A stretch of DNA of 64,000 bases from Klebsormidium nitens (lineage: Eukaryota > Plantae > Klebsormidiophyceae), in the NCBI GenBank assembly GCA_000708835.1, contig DF237187.1:19953-83952 (forward strand). Direction: 5' to 3'. The position numbers and the translations under genes are program-made. Below the pieces are notes generated by a model. The model made no database searches and had not been told where the DNA came from. It saw nothing but the letters and a program-made list of their open reading frames with translations. The first letter of the stretch is position 1; every line of letters begins with the position of its first letter. Below, in pieces: positions 1 through 11,669 of this stretch.

Positions 1-616
1 GAGGCAAGGCAAGGCAAGGCGTCATTCCCATCGAGCGTGGGAAGGAGACGTCTGATCTTCGCTCGTAGCAGTCTGCGTGGTCACACCCTGCTTCGGGTTT
101 TAAAGTCTGAATTGTCGAGGGTTCATTGCTGATAACTTAAGGCATGCTTTCTGCTCGCATTCAGCCTTCTTTCCTTTTTCACAATCTTCTGTGGATGCGT
201 GCCCAAAGATCAGTCACCACCTACTTCATGTGTCGGTAACCAGGAACTCAGAAGCGGTGCAGGATTCGAGCTCCGGTGTCCCATCGCAAACCTACACTGT
301 TCCTCTGGCAGCGGTCCTACTCCCTTTTAGGCATGCTTGACGATTCTCCTCCACACTGCATTTGGACAAGCATAAGTAGGCGTTCTACAGCGTCGTCGTA
401 ATAGCTCAAAGCCTGCATCAATTTTCGAGGTTGGGGTTTGCCCGGCTGGTTCGAAACAAACCAATGAAACGTGCCTTGGGCTGACGTCCCATAGTTTCCG
501 CCCGTAACTAGAATGAAACCGCCAAACTTGCGCTGTTGGCCGTCCCCGTCGGCCCGTACATTGATTTTCATTCCAGGAACGGGAGTGGATCCTCACATTC
601 AGTTAGGTGCCTGCAG

Positions 617-1102
617 GAGTTGAACATCCCCGAAGTGGACGTAGAGCAGCTGCTTGTGTCGCTCATATTGGACAACCGAGTACACGGCCACATCGACCAG
701 GTCAACCAACTGCTCGAACTGGGGGATAGGTACGGCTTTCACCCTTCGACGAGAGTTTTGTCGACTCCTTCCCGCTCGTTGGTACTGAGGAAGACGGGTG
801 GTTTACGTTTGGCTGTGGATCTTGCAGCTACGAGGGACGGAGCTGTGACATCTCAGGCCAGCGAGTGGTGGTGTGATGATCATGATGAGGCCTGTAAGAG
901 GACCACAAATGTTGCTGAGCATGCTTGTTCTATATCCACGAAACTCTCAAATGCCCAGCTTTCAGTTGCTTCTGGAAGGTTCACCTTTCCGCGTTCCGTG
1001 CGCTGCTGCAGGACGAAAGGCGTGAAGCGATACACAGCGGTTGACAAGTGGACGGCGCAACTAAAGTCCTTACACAATACAGTCGTCAACAAGCTTGGTT
1101 AG
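617..1102 (+). CDS. CSN2: COP9 signalosome subunit 2, last two exons (617-729, 1012-1102); rest of gene upstream of window
   Basis: Spliced translation [38 protein letters not shown]|[29 protein letters not shown] matches the PCI-domain C-terminus of plant CSN2/FUS12 as I recall it. The GT-AG intron 730-1011 keeps the frame. Confidence 0.92.
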   Translation, partial: ELNIPEVDVEQLLVSLILDNRVHGHIDQVNQLLELGDRYGFHPSTRVLSTPSRSLVLRKTGGLRLAVDLAATRDGAVTSQASEWWCDDHDEACKRTTNVAEHACSISTKLSNAQLSVASGRFTFPRSVRCCRTKGVKRYTAVDKWTAQLKSLHNTVVNKLG

Positions 1103-2185
1103 CAAGACCCAATAGTTCTTGACATGGTGACCGCACGAGTTTCAGCACAATGCTTCGTACCCGGCTCCGACAACATCAAGCATTCTCTTGTTTCCCTGTC
1201 TAAAAAATTGAGATTGAAAGCCATGCCCATAAGTTGGTGAGATATGCCGGCCGTCGATTCATGTCTCCATATATCGAGTATGAAGCAGTGATAGTAAGTT
1301 GAGTCTGTTGAAATGCATATGGTCGACGTGCCAGGCGGTATCAACTTCCACAATTTTCTAGCTAGACGGATCTTGGCCCGACCCTCTTTAGACGGTGGGC
1401 ATCCTTACTGCATGCATGCCTGGCTATGACCGGATGCCACTGATCGAGCGTGATGCAGTTGTGATCACAATGCATGTTTGCAGTATACGTACCTTCGATG
1501 CGTTCGGCCGGGCGCCGGACGGATTGAGCAATCATGTACGTTCTTAGGCACTATACACATGAGCGAATGCGAGCGCAGCCTAGGCCGGCCCGACGGCGGA
1601 AGTCGGGCAGCTGCATCCTTGCATGTGGACTTCAACATATGAATCATTAGGGGGCTCTTACAGAGTCTTCAGGACCCATCCCGGCGATCTGATTGGTCGA
1701 GTGACGTAAGCTTAACGCCGTCACCAAGGTCTCAGACTCCGCATGTCATTGCAGCTGAGTTGGTGTTAATGATAAGGACAGAGGCAGACTGTGATGTGGT
1801 GTCAAGGCTCCGCACTGAGCCGCAGTTTGAATTGGTTGGCACTTCCCCCGGGTTTTCGGTGATAATAACGCTATGCTCACAGGCAGCACTGTGAGTGGTC
1901 GCACCGATTTATTATTTGTGTCAATGTCCCAGCACCTAGCAGCGTGTCTATGAAAAGTGACACTAATAGTAAGAGCAACGTTCGAGCAGACCTGGAGGCC
2001 TGTTTGCCGAGCTAGCTCGCACCGATATTGCAACTTGAACTGGTGTCAAGCAGTCAAGTTGAGCGTGCCAGCACGTACGTTGAGGTCGTTTGCACCAGTT
2101 TCGACAGTTTGGTGACCGATTGGAAGTGTCAGTAGATGCGGGAATGTGCTTCGCTAATTATCTCTACGTTAACACTAGAAAGCTT

Positions 2186-2216
2186 CCGGGGGCCCAAGAG
2201 CCCCCGGCACGCCTAG
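2186..2216 (+). mobile_element. Possible Helitron 3' terminus (GC-rich hairpin followed by CTAG)
   Basis: Perfect 8-bp stem CCGGGGGC/GCCCCCGG (2186-2207) with a 6-nt loop, then 5 nt and CTAG (2213-2216) followed by T. This is the canonical Helitron 3' signature. The 5' end was not identified. Confidence 0.4.
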
Positions 2217-3289
2217 TTCGGTCGATCGGAATCTAGGTACCGCGAGTATATGCACGTACGTACGTAGACACGCAGTAATTCGAGGAACCCATGCATGTGC
2301 GGGCCGATCGCTATAGCTTTCAATGATGTTTGATCAAATCCGCACCGTCATGAGTCCATGTCAGTGCAAGGACGGTCACTGCATGCAGCTAGAAAACGCA
2401 TGCCAGTGCGGGCTAGCTTGCATCCTCCATATGCATGAGTGGTAAAATGACGGCCAAGCACCTCATGCGGAGTCTGGCAACCAGGCTTGCCGGGCTGTTT
2501 CGCTCTTTCACCGAGTCAGGTTGAAGCTCATTGACAAATACTAGTAGCACGTATTTGCAGGAGCTTGCCAAGAATGAAGGCCCGCTGTTCAAGAAAGAGG
2601 CATGCAGTCCGTCCCCCTCCAAGTTTTGAGCAACTAATCTCTTTCGGTGAACTCTCAACACACGAGCAGCTACAGTGATTACTACCTAGTTCGTTTGCAG
2701 GACACATGAATTTCTACGGCTCGTTTACACCTAGCAGGGTAAAGGCTTTAGAAACAATCGCGGTCTCTGAAGCGTAAAGAAAGCTCTCGATCTCCCGTGC
2801 CCATTGCTAACACTTTCTTGTCGAAGGCACCTCCTGCGCACACACAGGGGACGTGTCAGCAGAAGACCAAGACAGTCAATGAGCTTTGGACAAAGCCAGT
2901 GACGATCAAGCGGACTTTCGGAGGTTTCAGCTGCTTTCTGCGCCGGTCCTGTCGTCTCCCTCAAGAAAGATCAAAGACTCCAGACAACACACGAAAAGGC
3001 GCAAAGAATGACCGGGAAGAGACGACTAGTCGGCTGAAAAGCTAGATAGCCACCACAAGCACACGTCCACAACGCGTGCGCGGCCAATTCCATGCATGGC
3101 AACGGCTCTTTCCACATGGGGATGTGGCCGGCGGAAACAAACGGAGACCTTTTCCTCCCTGCTCACCGTTCTGCTCGCTTGTCAGGGTAGCATGCTGATG
3201 CTGATGCATTGTGGACGTCTCAGCATCACTTCTGTGTCGCGTTACTGACGTGTTGCTGATGCGTTGCAGACGTGTTGGCGACGCCCGCC

Positions 3290-6200
3290 CTAGGACCGCG
3301 GCTCTACCACCTGGCGGAAGGTGATGCTGACACGTCGCTCGCCCGCCAGGTCCGCGTTCTTGATGGAGTGCGTGAAGTTGTAGCGGCTGTCCTGAGTTTG
3401 CACCTGGCCAGGTTAATAACGTGGCTTAGTCTTTCGCCTGGGGTGCTTAACCTGGGGTGCTTAACCTGACAACTGCCGACGTGTCACCCAAAAAGCGACC
3501 CATCCGGCCTCCTGAATGGGCCCGCGTTGGTCGCCCCGCCAGTTGTAACGGACATCCTTTTGTTCGCCCTGCAACACGTTGCGGTGATACACTTCGGCCA
3601 TCGAACTAGGGGCGTCTGGGCTGATGCGTCAAGAATTGTAAACAACTCCATTGTTTGTTGGCAGAGAACGCACCGTTCAACACTGCCCTATGCTTTTCTC
3701 GAGACCTTTGAGCTTTCCCCACTTCACAAACTAGGGGGACCAAACCTCCAAGTACGATCTCCACAATGCTGCAAGACGGAAGGCCTTCAAAGCATGGCGC
3801 TCAGCTAGAATATCGGAGTGTATCGGAGTGTCATTAAAACAATATTATCTGCTTCCGGAGCGTTCCTATGTCACAAAATGTCTCGCTCAACGTATCCGAG
3901 TTTCTTTTCCTCATTGAGCGACCATCCCTTCTTCATCGAGGAGGCTTCCAGCCCACCTGTAGATACCGCCTGCAAAGAAGCAAGTGTTTTCAAAGCACTT
4001 AATGGTTACGGCGAGTGTAGAAAAGTTGTTCAAGAGGAGGCTTGGTTGAAAACCCGTTCGCCAAATGAGAGAAATTTCAGCCCACCTGTAGGCACCGCCG
4101 GGGCAGGCGCACCCGGAACTTCTCGGGGCGGCCCCTCTCCCGCTCGTACGTCATGACGCAATCCGAGTGCAGGCTGATGCCCGCAATGATGGTGCCTGAC
4201 AACTGCAGGTGATCGTTATGCTTTTGCCAGAGTGCTATGATTATCCATTTTTAATTACTTCAACGCTGCCTGAACTGGTACCGATGCATCCGTCGTTCCT
4301 GCTACAGCCGCTGTCGTTCGTTTGTGGAAAAGTCTGGCGGTATGTGATCCGAGGATGTTAGAGTCAGGAAAGAAACGACGGGTTCTTACTGTAGACGGGG
4401 AGATGACGAATTTACAGAGACAGATTGCGTGGACGAAGCGCATGAAAGTGAAAACCCCGCCCCCCTTTCCGCCCCCCCTTCATTCATACGCAGCTTGCAG
4501 GAAGCAACCTTATGGCAATCCCGCATCGAAATAAGCTTTGCAACCCAAACGTATGCTACGGCAGCCAATAGCTTCCAGATCAGCTCCACTTCGCACAAAT
4601 CAAGCAGAAGGGGTTGTCGTAGCGTTCTCATACCTGTCGATCGTCGACGTGGGGTCGCAACCAGTGACCGTCTTCCCGTCGATAGTTGATGGCGTTACAC
4701 TCATTCGGAACAAAGTTGGACAAGGGCGGCGCGACCGTCCGAATGCGGTCCAACACGGACTGGAGGAACGGGGGCATCGGACGCTTCGGCTTCAAAATGG
4801 TCCTGCAAAAAGTGGAAGCTCTTCGATGATCAGGGACCTGAGGCCGCAATCCAAAGGAGAGGGAGAAGCGAGCTAGGGTCGCAAGGGGGACCTGGGCACT
4901 TGGATTTGGCGATGGGGAGTTGAAAAAACTTCGTCCGATTGAATAACAGTTTTCTCCTTCGGACGTTGCGAGCCGACTCCAAGGTCAACTGGGGATGCAT
5001 GAGGCATTCAACGACAACGTAATTCAGTTCCGATGAGTCTAAGGTAAGCTGCCCATGAGGAGACAGAACCGGAGCAGGATAAGCCCACTTTTGCAACGAG
5101 GCAGACACCGGCGAGCCGCTATTAAAAAGGGGGGCCGCCTTCCTAGCCCCTCTTCTTGTCTAGGCTCCTGGATGAATACAACTTCGAACCTTTCTATTAC
5201 TGGAGGCAAAGTGAAGACGAGGTTAGCGAAATGGTCAAAAGCCTTTCCACAGACAGACAAGAGCGACGAAGAATCTCTCGTAGCTAAAGCGCACCTCCTC
5301 CGGAGGTCCGTCACGAAGCCGTACGCTTTGCCCTCGTTCAGGTCCCCGAACGCCCGTGACGTCACCCACGGGTTGCTGACGTCAGCGTCCAGCGAGGCGA
5401 GGATGTGCGCCTCCTCCTGCGAACAAAGAGCGACGTTTCCGCACATAACTTTCTTCTGGTCAATGGAACTCATTTGCATTTTCGTAGTCTGTCTCTAGAG
5501 GTCCGTACGTTGTCTCTGAAGTCTAGCTACCGGTTTGTTTCATTTAAGAAGGTCTTTCATTCCGCTTCATACGCTGGCCTCGTAAGAGCCTGGATTGTAT
5601 AAAGTGGGCTGCTTTGGCCATGTCCGCTTGCACAGTCCAGCGCAGCGAATTGCCAAAAATCACAAAAGGAAACCCAATGTGAGCCGTCGAATCCTCGCAA
5701 GTGAATGAGAATCTTGGTGGGACTAGGAATCTAAGGTCACTACTGACCGATCGTGTAGATCTATCGGTTCAAGGTCTCTACCGAAGACCATACGCATTCC
5801 GATCGTCGCATCCCAAAAAGCTCAGGGAGCATTCGCAGCGCCTTTGGCAGGCTTGGAATGCAAGAAATGCCAACAGAACAGACAAACAAAAGTAACCCCG
5901 CTACGCCTCTTCACCTGCTCCGTCAGAAAGTTCTCCACGAGATAGTGCCCCTTCGGAGCGCTCGGTTGCCGCGCCTGGATCGCCGCCCAGGAGAGGCCGA
6001 ACAGCGGCCGCTGCCCCCGTTCACGCACCATCCCGAGCAGGGTGTGAACGGGCTCCCTCCTCACAGGGCTAGGAGTGCGAACAGGCTCCTGGCCAGGGAT
6101 GTGAACAAGCTCGTTGCTGTTGATGTGAACAGGCTCCCAACTGTTGGCCTGAACAGGTTCTTGTGTCACCTCCCGCTGACCCCTGCCGTTTTCGGGTGCC

Positions 6201-7993
6201 GTTGACACAACCGAAACGGCCCCGTACCTTGTGCCAGTCTGAACTTCCCCGAGAGTGTCAGGGCCCCCGATCTCGTTTGCAGTGCCTTGGCCTGTGTGAA
6301 TACCCCCTGAGGCCCCCTGCTTTCCAAGCCTTTCTCTCCACGGCTCTTCACACTGGCGCTCTGAAGCTCCATAAGCAGCAGCGGCACTGTCAGTGTGAAA
6401 AGGGTCCCGTCCGTCAACATTTGCACCAGGGAGCCACTCATTCAGCGTCGGCATGACTTCGAACTCTCCTATGCTTTCTCTCAGCCTGGTTTCTCTAGCC
6501 CCGCACTGCTTCCCTCCCTTCATTCCGTCCCCCAATCCATACACACCCGCGCCGTTTGCTTCTGCCCCCTCTAGTTGGGCGCCTTGTTCCCGTCCAACCC
6601 GGCCCGTTTCACCGAAATTTGCGCTCGTGTTGAATGCCTCTTCATGATAGGCCCCTCTGCAGTGTGCATCATCAGAAACCCCGGCGTCGAACCTGCATTC
6701 CGTCATTCTGCAGACTCCGGTGCTGATGTCAGCAGCGTCAGGAGCAGGCTTGTTCTGGTCAAAGTTCTGCTGGTTTGAAGTCCGGGCGGTTGCAGGGGTT
6801 GGGGCGATTGCAGCTTCGGGTATGGTTGCTGGGTTTGTGGCGCGTTGCACGCAATCGAGGTCCAAATGGTGGTTCATTCTTGTGAGCGGTATTTGCACCT
6901 GCGATAACAAACAGTTTCCATAAGGGTGAAGTACATAATACTGGGAAGCCTTCGCGGAGCTCTGACACAAGAGGATACTTTTGAGCCGTTTGCTGCTGTT
7001 CAGGCTGTCCGTAAGTTTATGACACTTTGGAATTTCGTTGCCCTCCCTTCTTTGGATGCACGGTGGCTCCGCCATTAGAAGGAAAGGCAATGAATCGAAC
7101 AGAAGGCAGACAGAATCCTTTTTGATGTAAGCACAGAGTCCTCTTCCAGGTTTGCACCCCAGCCAATTGAGCCTGATCACCCTATGGGTGCCGATTAGAA
7201 TGATACCTGGTCCCCCTCAAAGGACACGAAAGTCAAGCATAACTCTGCAAAGAAGCAGCGGATCAACCAACAGCAATGGAAGCAGCGCCGCAAATAGATC
7301 GTTCGCACCAGTCTCTCTTTTCTGCATTACAGGTGCCGGTTCGGAAACAGGGAGAAAGTTACAGATTTGGCGGAATGTTCTGCACTAGAGTCAGTCACCC
7401 GTCACAAACTTGACCGAGCTGCAAGCAAAAGCGAGCTTGTGGCTTACTGTGCAGAGTGGACATTGAGCATATGCGCTCCCATTCACCGCCCTCCCCAACG
7501 CTGCCCTTGCGGCCCTCGCCCTCTCCCCATCTTGCTCAACGCTACGCTCTCGCTGGTGCGCCACCTTACGCCGCTTGATGAACGCCTCAAGGGAGCCTTT
7601 GCTGGACGTCAACTGTCTGGGTTGTTCGCAGATGTCGATAGGGTCGTCAAAGTCAGCTTGCACCTCTTCAATCAGACTGGCGATGCCTGGCTGAAGAGAA
7701 GTTGATACCTGCTGCGCGACTGTCCCGCTTTGCAGAGGCGCTTCAACTCGCCAGCCCTCACTTGTCTTCAGATTTCGAGTCTCCACCTCTCCTCCTCTCT
7801 GCAGTTCCCAAAGTTTGCTCTGTTCCCCCCCGCCATTGCTTTTACTTTGCCCCTCAACATTCCCGCTGTTAAGTATAGCAAGTTCTGTGCTTGGCTGTCC
7901 TGACTTCCGCGATGCTTTCAATGCAGGCTGCAAGAATGCTGTGAGGCGGGGCTGCACTGTCGGCCTCGCGCGTTTCCTGTCAGGCCTCCTCAT
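3290..7993 (-). CDS. AlkB-family 2OG-Fe(II) dioxygenase with N-terminal PIP-box-like motif and UBZ4 zinc finger (about 683 aa); exons 7448-7993, 5915-6898, 5295-5416, 4634-4802, 4086-4202, 3290-3403
   Basis: All joins are GT-AG and in phase. AlkB motifs: GHYLVENFLTEQ|EEA, NAINY, RPHVDDRQLSG (HxD), IAGISLHSDCVM, YNFTHSI (H), RRVSITFR. CPLCT|VQIPLTRMNHHLDLDC is formed across intron 1. The start codon is tentative. Confidence 0.85.
3949..4099 (-). repeat. Duplicated 5' splice junction inside the last intron of the AlkB gene
   Basis: Plus strand cagcccacctgtagGCaccgcc (4078-4099, functional donor) vs cagcccacctgtagATaccgcc (3949-3970): 20/22 identical, 129 bp apart. Confidence 0.75.
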
Positions 7994-8713
7994 GCTTTCA
8001 CAACCTCTCCAGCCAACCCAGCTTGGAAGCGGCCGGCTACGAAAACAGCTCACAGTCCACGAAGAAAACCGTTGATGGAAGCACAAATTCTGCCCGAATT
8101 GACTTGAAAACCGAAGATTCTGCTCGAGGCAAGCAGGTCAACTTCAAAGCGCCATGCCACCTTGAGCTTAACAACGCCACCACGAATGTGCAAAGCAGCC
8201 AAAGATGGCTGGTGCTGGTCAAAGTTGAAGCCAGCTGGTTTCAAGTGGTTAAGAACCAAGGCCATTGATCAACACCACATTGCCGGTTGCGTTCCTGGTA
8301 GTAGTTCGGGATACAACTTCTAGGGCGGGCCAGTGCAAGAGTACGTGCCGTTTGTCTCTGCTCACATCTGTCCTCTGGGACAGTGTCAATTGACCGGGGG
8401 GCAGCCATTTGAATTTGGAAAATGCAGTCTAAGCTGCACACGCAGGCTGGGCTGAACTCAAGAAGCATTCGGACCAAGGACCAAGGTCCAAAGTCTTCAC
8501 ATTTCTTCGTCGTCGTGGGGGGCCCCACATGGGCCATGACATTGATCAGCAGCACCACTGCCACCAGGGCAATCTGAGGATTTTTCACATGGAGGTGCAA
8601 AGTTTGGCGGTTCGAAGGCATCAAGTCCGATAAGATAAAACCACATAGGAGCATTCTTCAGAAGGAGTTCTATTTGACGTTTTGGAGATCTCCTTCTATC
8701 CTTGTAAGCCACT

Positions 8714-11111
8714 ATGACCCAGTATTCGGGCACGTCCGCCCTGCACAGTTGGCGTCCTGCATTCAAAAAACAGTTTGCTATCCCAGCGACTGTCTTTGTC
8801 GTTTTGCTTGCAACACTCATCATGGGGACGTGCCTCAGTCAAGGCACGCTTTTAGAAAACGGCTGGGGCCCGGGAAGGTGGCATTTAGCAGGGCGCAAGA
8901 ACCTAACTTGGGAAGCAAGGCCGTCCGTGGAGCATGTGACGAAACCTCCTGTTGAATTCAACCTCGAGACGGATCAACGTACAGAGGAAGGTTCCGAGCC
9001 GGATCTCAAGCAAGGTTTAGTGCCAGGCTCAGAGCCAGGTTTAGAGCCAGGTTCAGAGCCAGGTTCAGAGCCAGGTTTAGAGTCAGACTCAGAGCTAGTT
9101 CCGGAGCCAGCTTTAGAACCAGAATTAGTGCTAGGACCCAAGCCTCCTTTGGACTTGACCTGTGAGCAGTGGCTCTTAGAAGCTGATGGTCCGGTGGTCC
9201 CTGGGGGGAGAAACTTCTCTGATGAACCGGTGATGATATACGAGGCAGATCTGCCGCCGTGGTTTGCGGCTTCTGAGGAGGAGCTGAGGAGCTGTGACGT
9301 AGCGTGCAGGTAAGTTTGTATCTTTCAGCATTGTGGAACGTGGAAACTTTCGGGGGCGAAACAGTTGGCTACTCGCATAGCGTGGTTTGTGTGCAGAAGC
9401 TGGTGGGGTAGTGAAGGCCCCAATCATCGTGTATCATAAGAAGAGGAAACATAGTCTCTTGCAAAGCTCCATGAATCTGCCCAGTCTTATCGAGAAGCTA
9501 CGTGCTTTTGTTTTACCAGACATACAAAGCGATGTCTCATTTGGTTCAGAAGAGCAGCTTTGTGCTTGCCTAGATTTTGAGAGCTTTCAAGGATACTCGA
9601 CATCCATCAAGCTGCCCTTTTCAACCAACTTTTTCCCTGTTTCCTACTGATGCCTTCAATCCCGACTTGTCATGCAAAGAGTTGCTCCTTTGGATCCACG
9701 CGCAACATGGTTCACTCTGATGGTCATAAGTCACAACTGAAGTAGAAAACCAAGAGTATGTGAGAGAAAATCTGTGAGCTGGGAATGAACATTGAATACG
9801 CGCTTCTTGTCAAGCCCTGTAAGCCATCCGGTTCGGGCCCCTCCCACTCGAGCTTCCTTTTTCAAAGTAAACACTCTTTTGTCACGAATAACCTCTCAGA
9901 CATCGTCAATACGTTTCCTTCGACATCCCCCCCTATTTTCTTAGAAGCTTTCAACTTGTTTTGAGCTGACGTTCGTCCCTTTCCAGGCCCATTCTGCCAA
10001 ACTCCGAGGAAGCCAAAAACGTCACACGGTGGGACGCCATGACCTGGCAGTGGCCTTCCGGCGCCCCCGACCGCTCTCACGGTTTCCGCGTGCTCCGCAA
10101 CATGGAAAGCGCCGCCTACTACCCAATGCTGGCCGTCTCCGAGGCCCGCAAGCAGGGGTATGACATCATCATGACGTCAGAGCTGGCGTCCGACATCCCC
10201 CTGCTGTACATCGGTGGCAGTTACTTCGAGCCAGGGTTGGGGTTCGAGGAGAAGGTTCCAGCGGTCGCGGCCGCGATCAGTAACTGCGGCGGGTTTTCTT
10301 CGAGGTTGGAGATTATTGCGAAGTTGAGAGAGTTCGGGGTGGAGGTGCATCAATACGGGAGGTGCAACCGAACGCACGAGTTCCCCGGTAAGAAAGTTTT
10401 CGTGTGACGCCCTTCCAGAGGTTCGATTAAGAAGTGCAGATTGTACAGGTCGACAGGTGCGCAGTCTACAAGACTCATACAGACGACATTTAGTGATCAG
10501 ATGCGGATTTCGCCAAGTAAGATGGTCAAAAGTGCGGAGCTTGTAGGAACAAGGAACGAGTTTCATGCAGACTCAGATTCGAGCACTCCGATTTTACATG
10601 TGCGCACGGTGTCCATCGCTGGAGCAGTCTGACTTTGTCGAGGCACATCAAACTCTTCTAATTAGAGTATTCGACTTGAGTATTCGACTTCTAAGTCTTT
10701 CCTTCTTTTTGCATCCGCTAACCATGAAGAAGGGTGCAAGACCGGTCGACTCAGATTGGAAGCTTCCCCGCAGACGAACCGCCCCCCCCGGGTATGAACG
10801 AAGCAGACGCGCTGGCGCACCGATACCTCTTCTACTACGCTGCTGAGAACAGCATCTACCCAGACTACGTCTCTGAGAAATTCTTCCGGGGGCTCCGAGT
10901 TGGCACCGTCCCCGTCTATCTGGGAACGGCCACAGCCGTCGATTTCGCGCCCGCCGAAAATGCGATTCTGTGGCTGAGTGGGATCGAGGACGTGCCACGT
11001 GTCGCTGAGGAGATCAAGCGACTGACGAACGACCGGGCCGCTTTTGAGGTGAGGCATCGCTTATGGAGAGCGGTTCTTAACCGAGGAAGGAAACGGATGG
11101 TTGACAAGTAG
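8714..11111 (+). CDS. GT10 alpha-1,3/4-fucosyltransferase-like type II membrane protein; exons 8714-9309, 9987-10387, 10774-11111
   Basis: N-terminal TM segment (FAIPATVFVVLLATLIMG), AAAISNCG...SRLEII, and the GT10 signature YLFYYAAENSIYPDYVSEKFFRGLRVGTVPVYLG. Phases of both introns are consistent. Confidence 0.88.
9013..9120 (+). repeat. Coding 12-bp tandem repeat (about 9 units, EPGS/EPGL) in the fucosyltransferase stem
   Basis: Units aggtttagtgcc/aggctcagagcc/aggtttagagcc/aggttcagagcc... read directly from the sequence. Confidence 0.9.
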
Positions 11112-11669
11112 AGCTTGCTCGTGTATCGTGAGGGAGTTGTTAATCGATGACAAGAATCGACTTTGGTAGTCGTACTCTAGCATTCGGTACTTTGGCGCTC
11201 TGGGTGCTGGACGGTCGAAAGCCGGTGATCTTCTTCACGAGGTCCTTCACGAGCGGAGAGGTGCCGCAAATCTTACAACCTCAGAACTGCGGAAGGTGGG
11301 AAGATCAGACGGGTCGGACAGCTTTTGCTTGACCCGCTCCGCTGTCCGTGGCGCTGGTTGCTCAAGAAGGTAAGAGTTGCTGATTGCGGTTGACGGCGCG
11401 GCTGACCGTCTTTGAAGGGCTCTCGAACCCTGTTCACTCGGGTGAGTGTTTGAGGCGGTGCTGATTGTATTTAGGAGTGGCTTGAGAGATCTCTTATGTC
11501 TGCAGGAACGACTCGCGTGAAAGTCAAGCCTTTTAAGGCCTCACGAATGGTGGTCAAGCGGGTGCGAAAATCGGATGTGCAAAGTGTAAGCAAAGTGGCT
11601 CGAAACAAATTCACTTTACTGTTATCTCTTTGATTATATATGATCATTCAAACATTGATCTATTTGCAG

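Noticed and set aside
3422-3470. 14-bp tandem (cctggggtgcttaa) near the AlkB last acceptor, and 10-bp tandem at about 3810
   Set aside because: Ordinary short slippage duplications with no further structure.
5039-5479. ORF MQMSSIDQKK... as an independent gene start
   Set aside because: A strong acceptor at 5417/5416 joins it in frame to the upstream GHYLVENFLTEQ exon, completing the AlkB N-terminal motif.
9828-9846. GGTTCG T-loop-like motif (also near 49380)
   Set aside because: No compatible D-arm, anticodon arm or acceptor stem.
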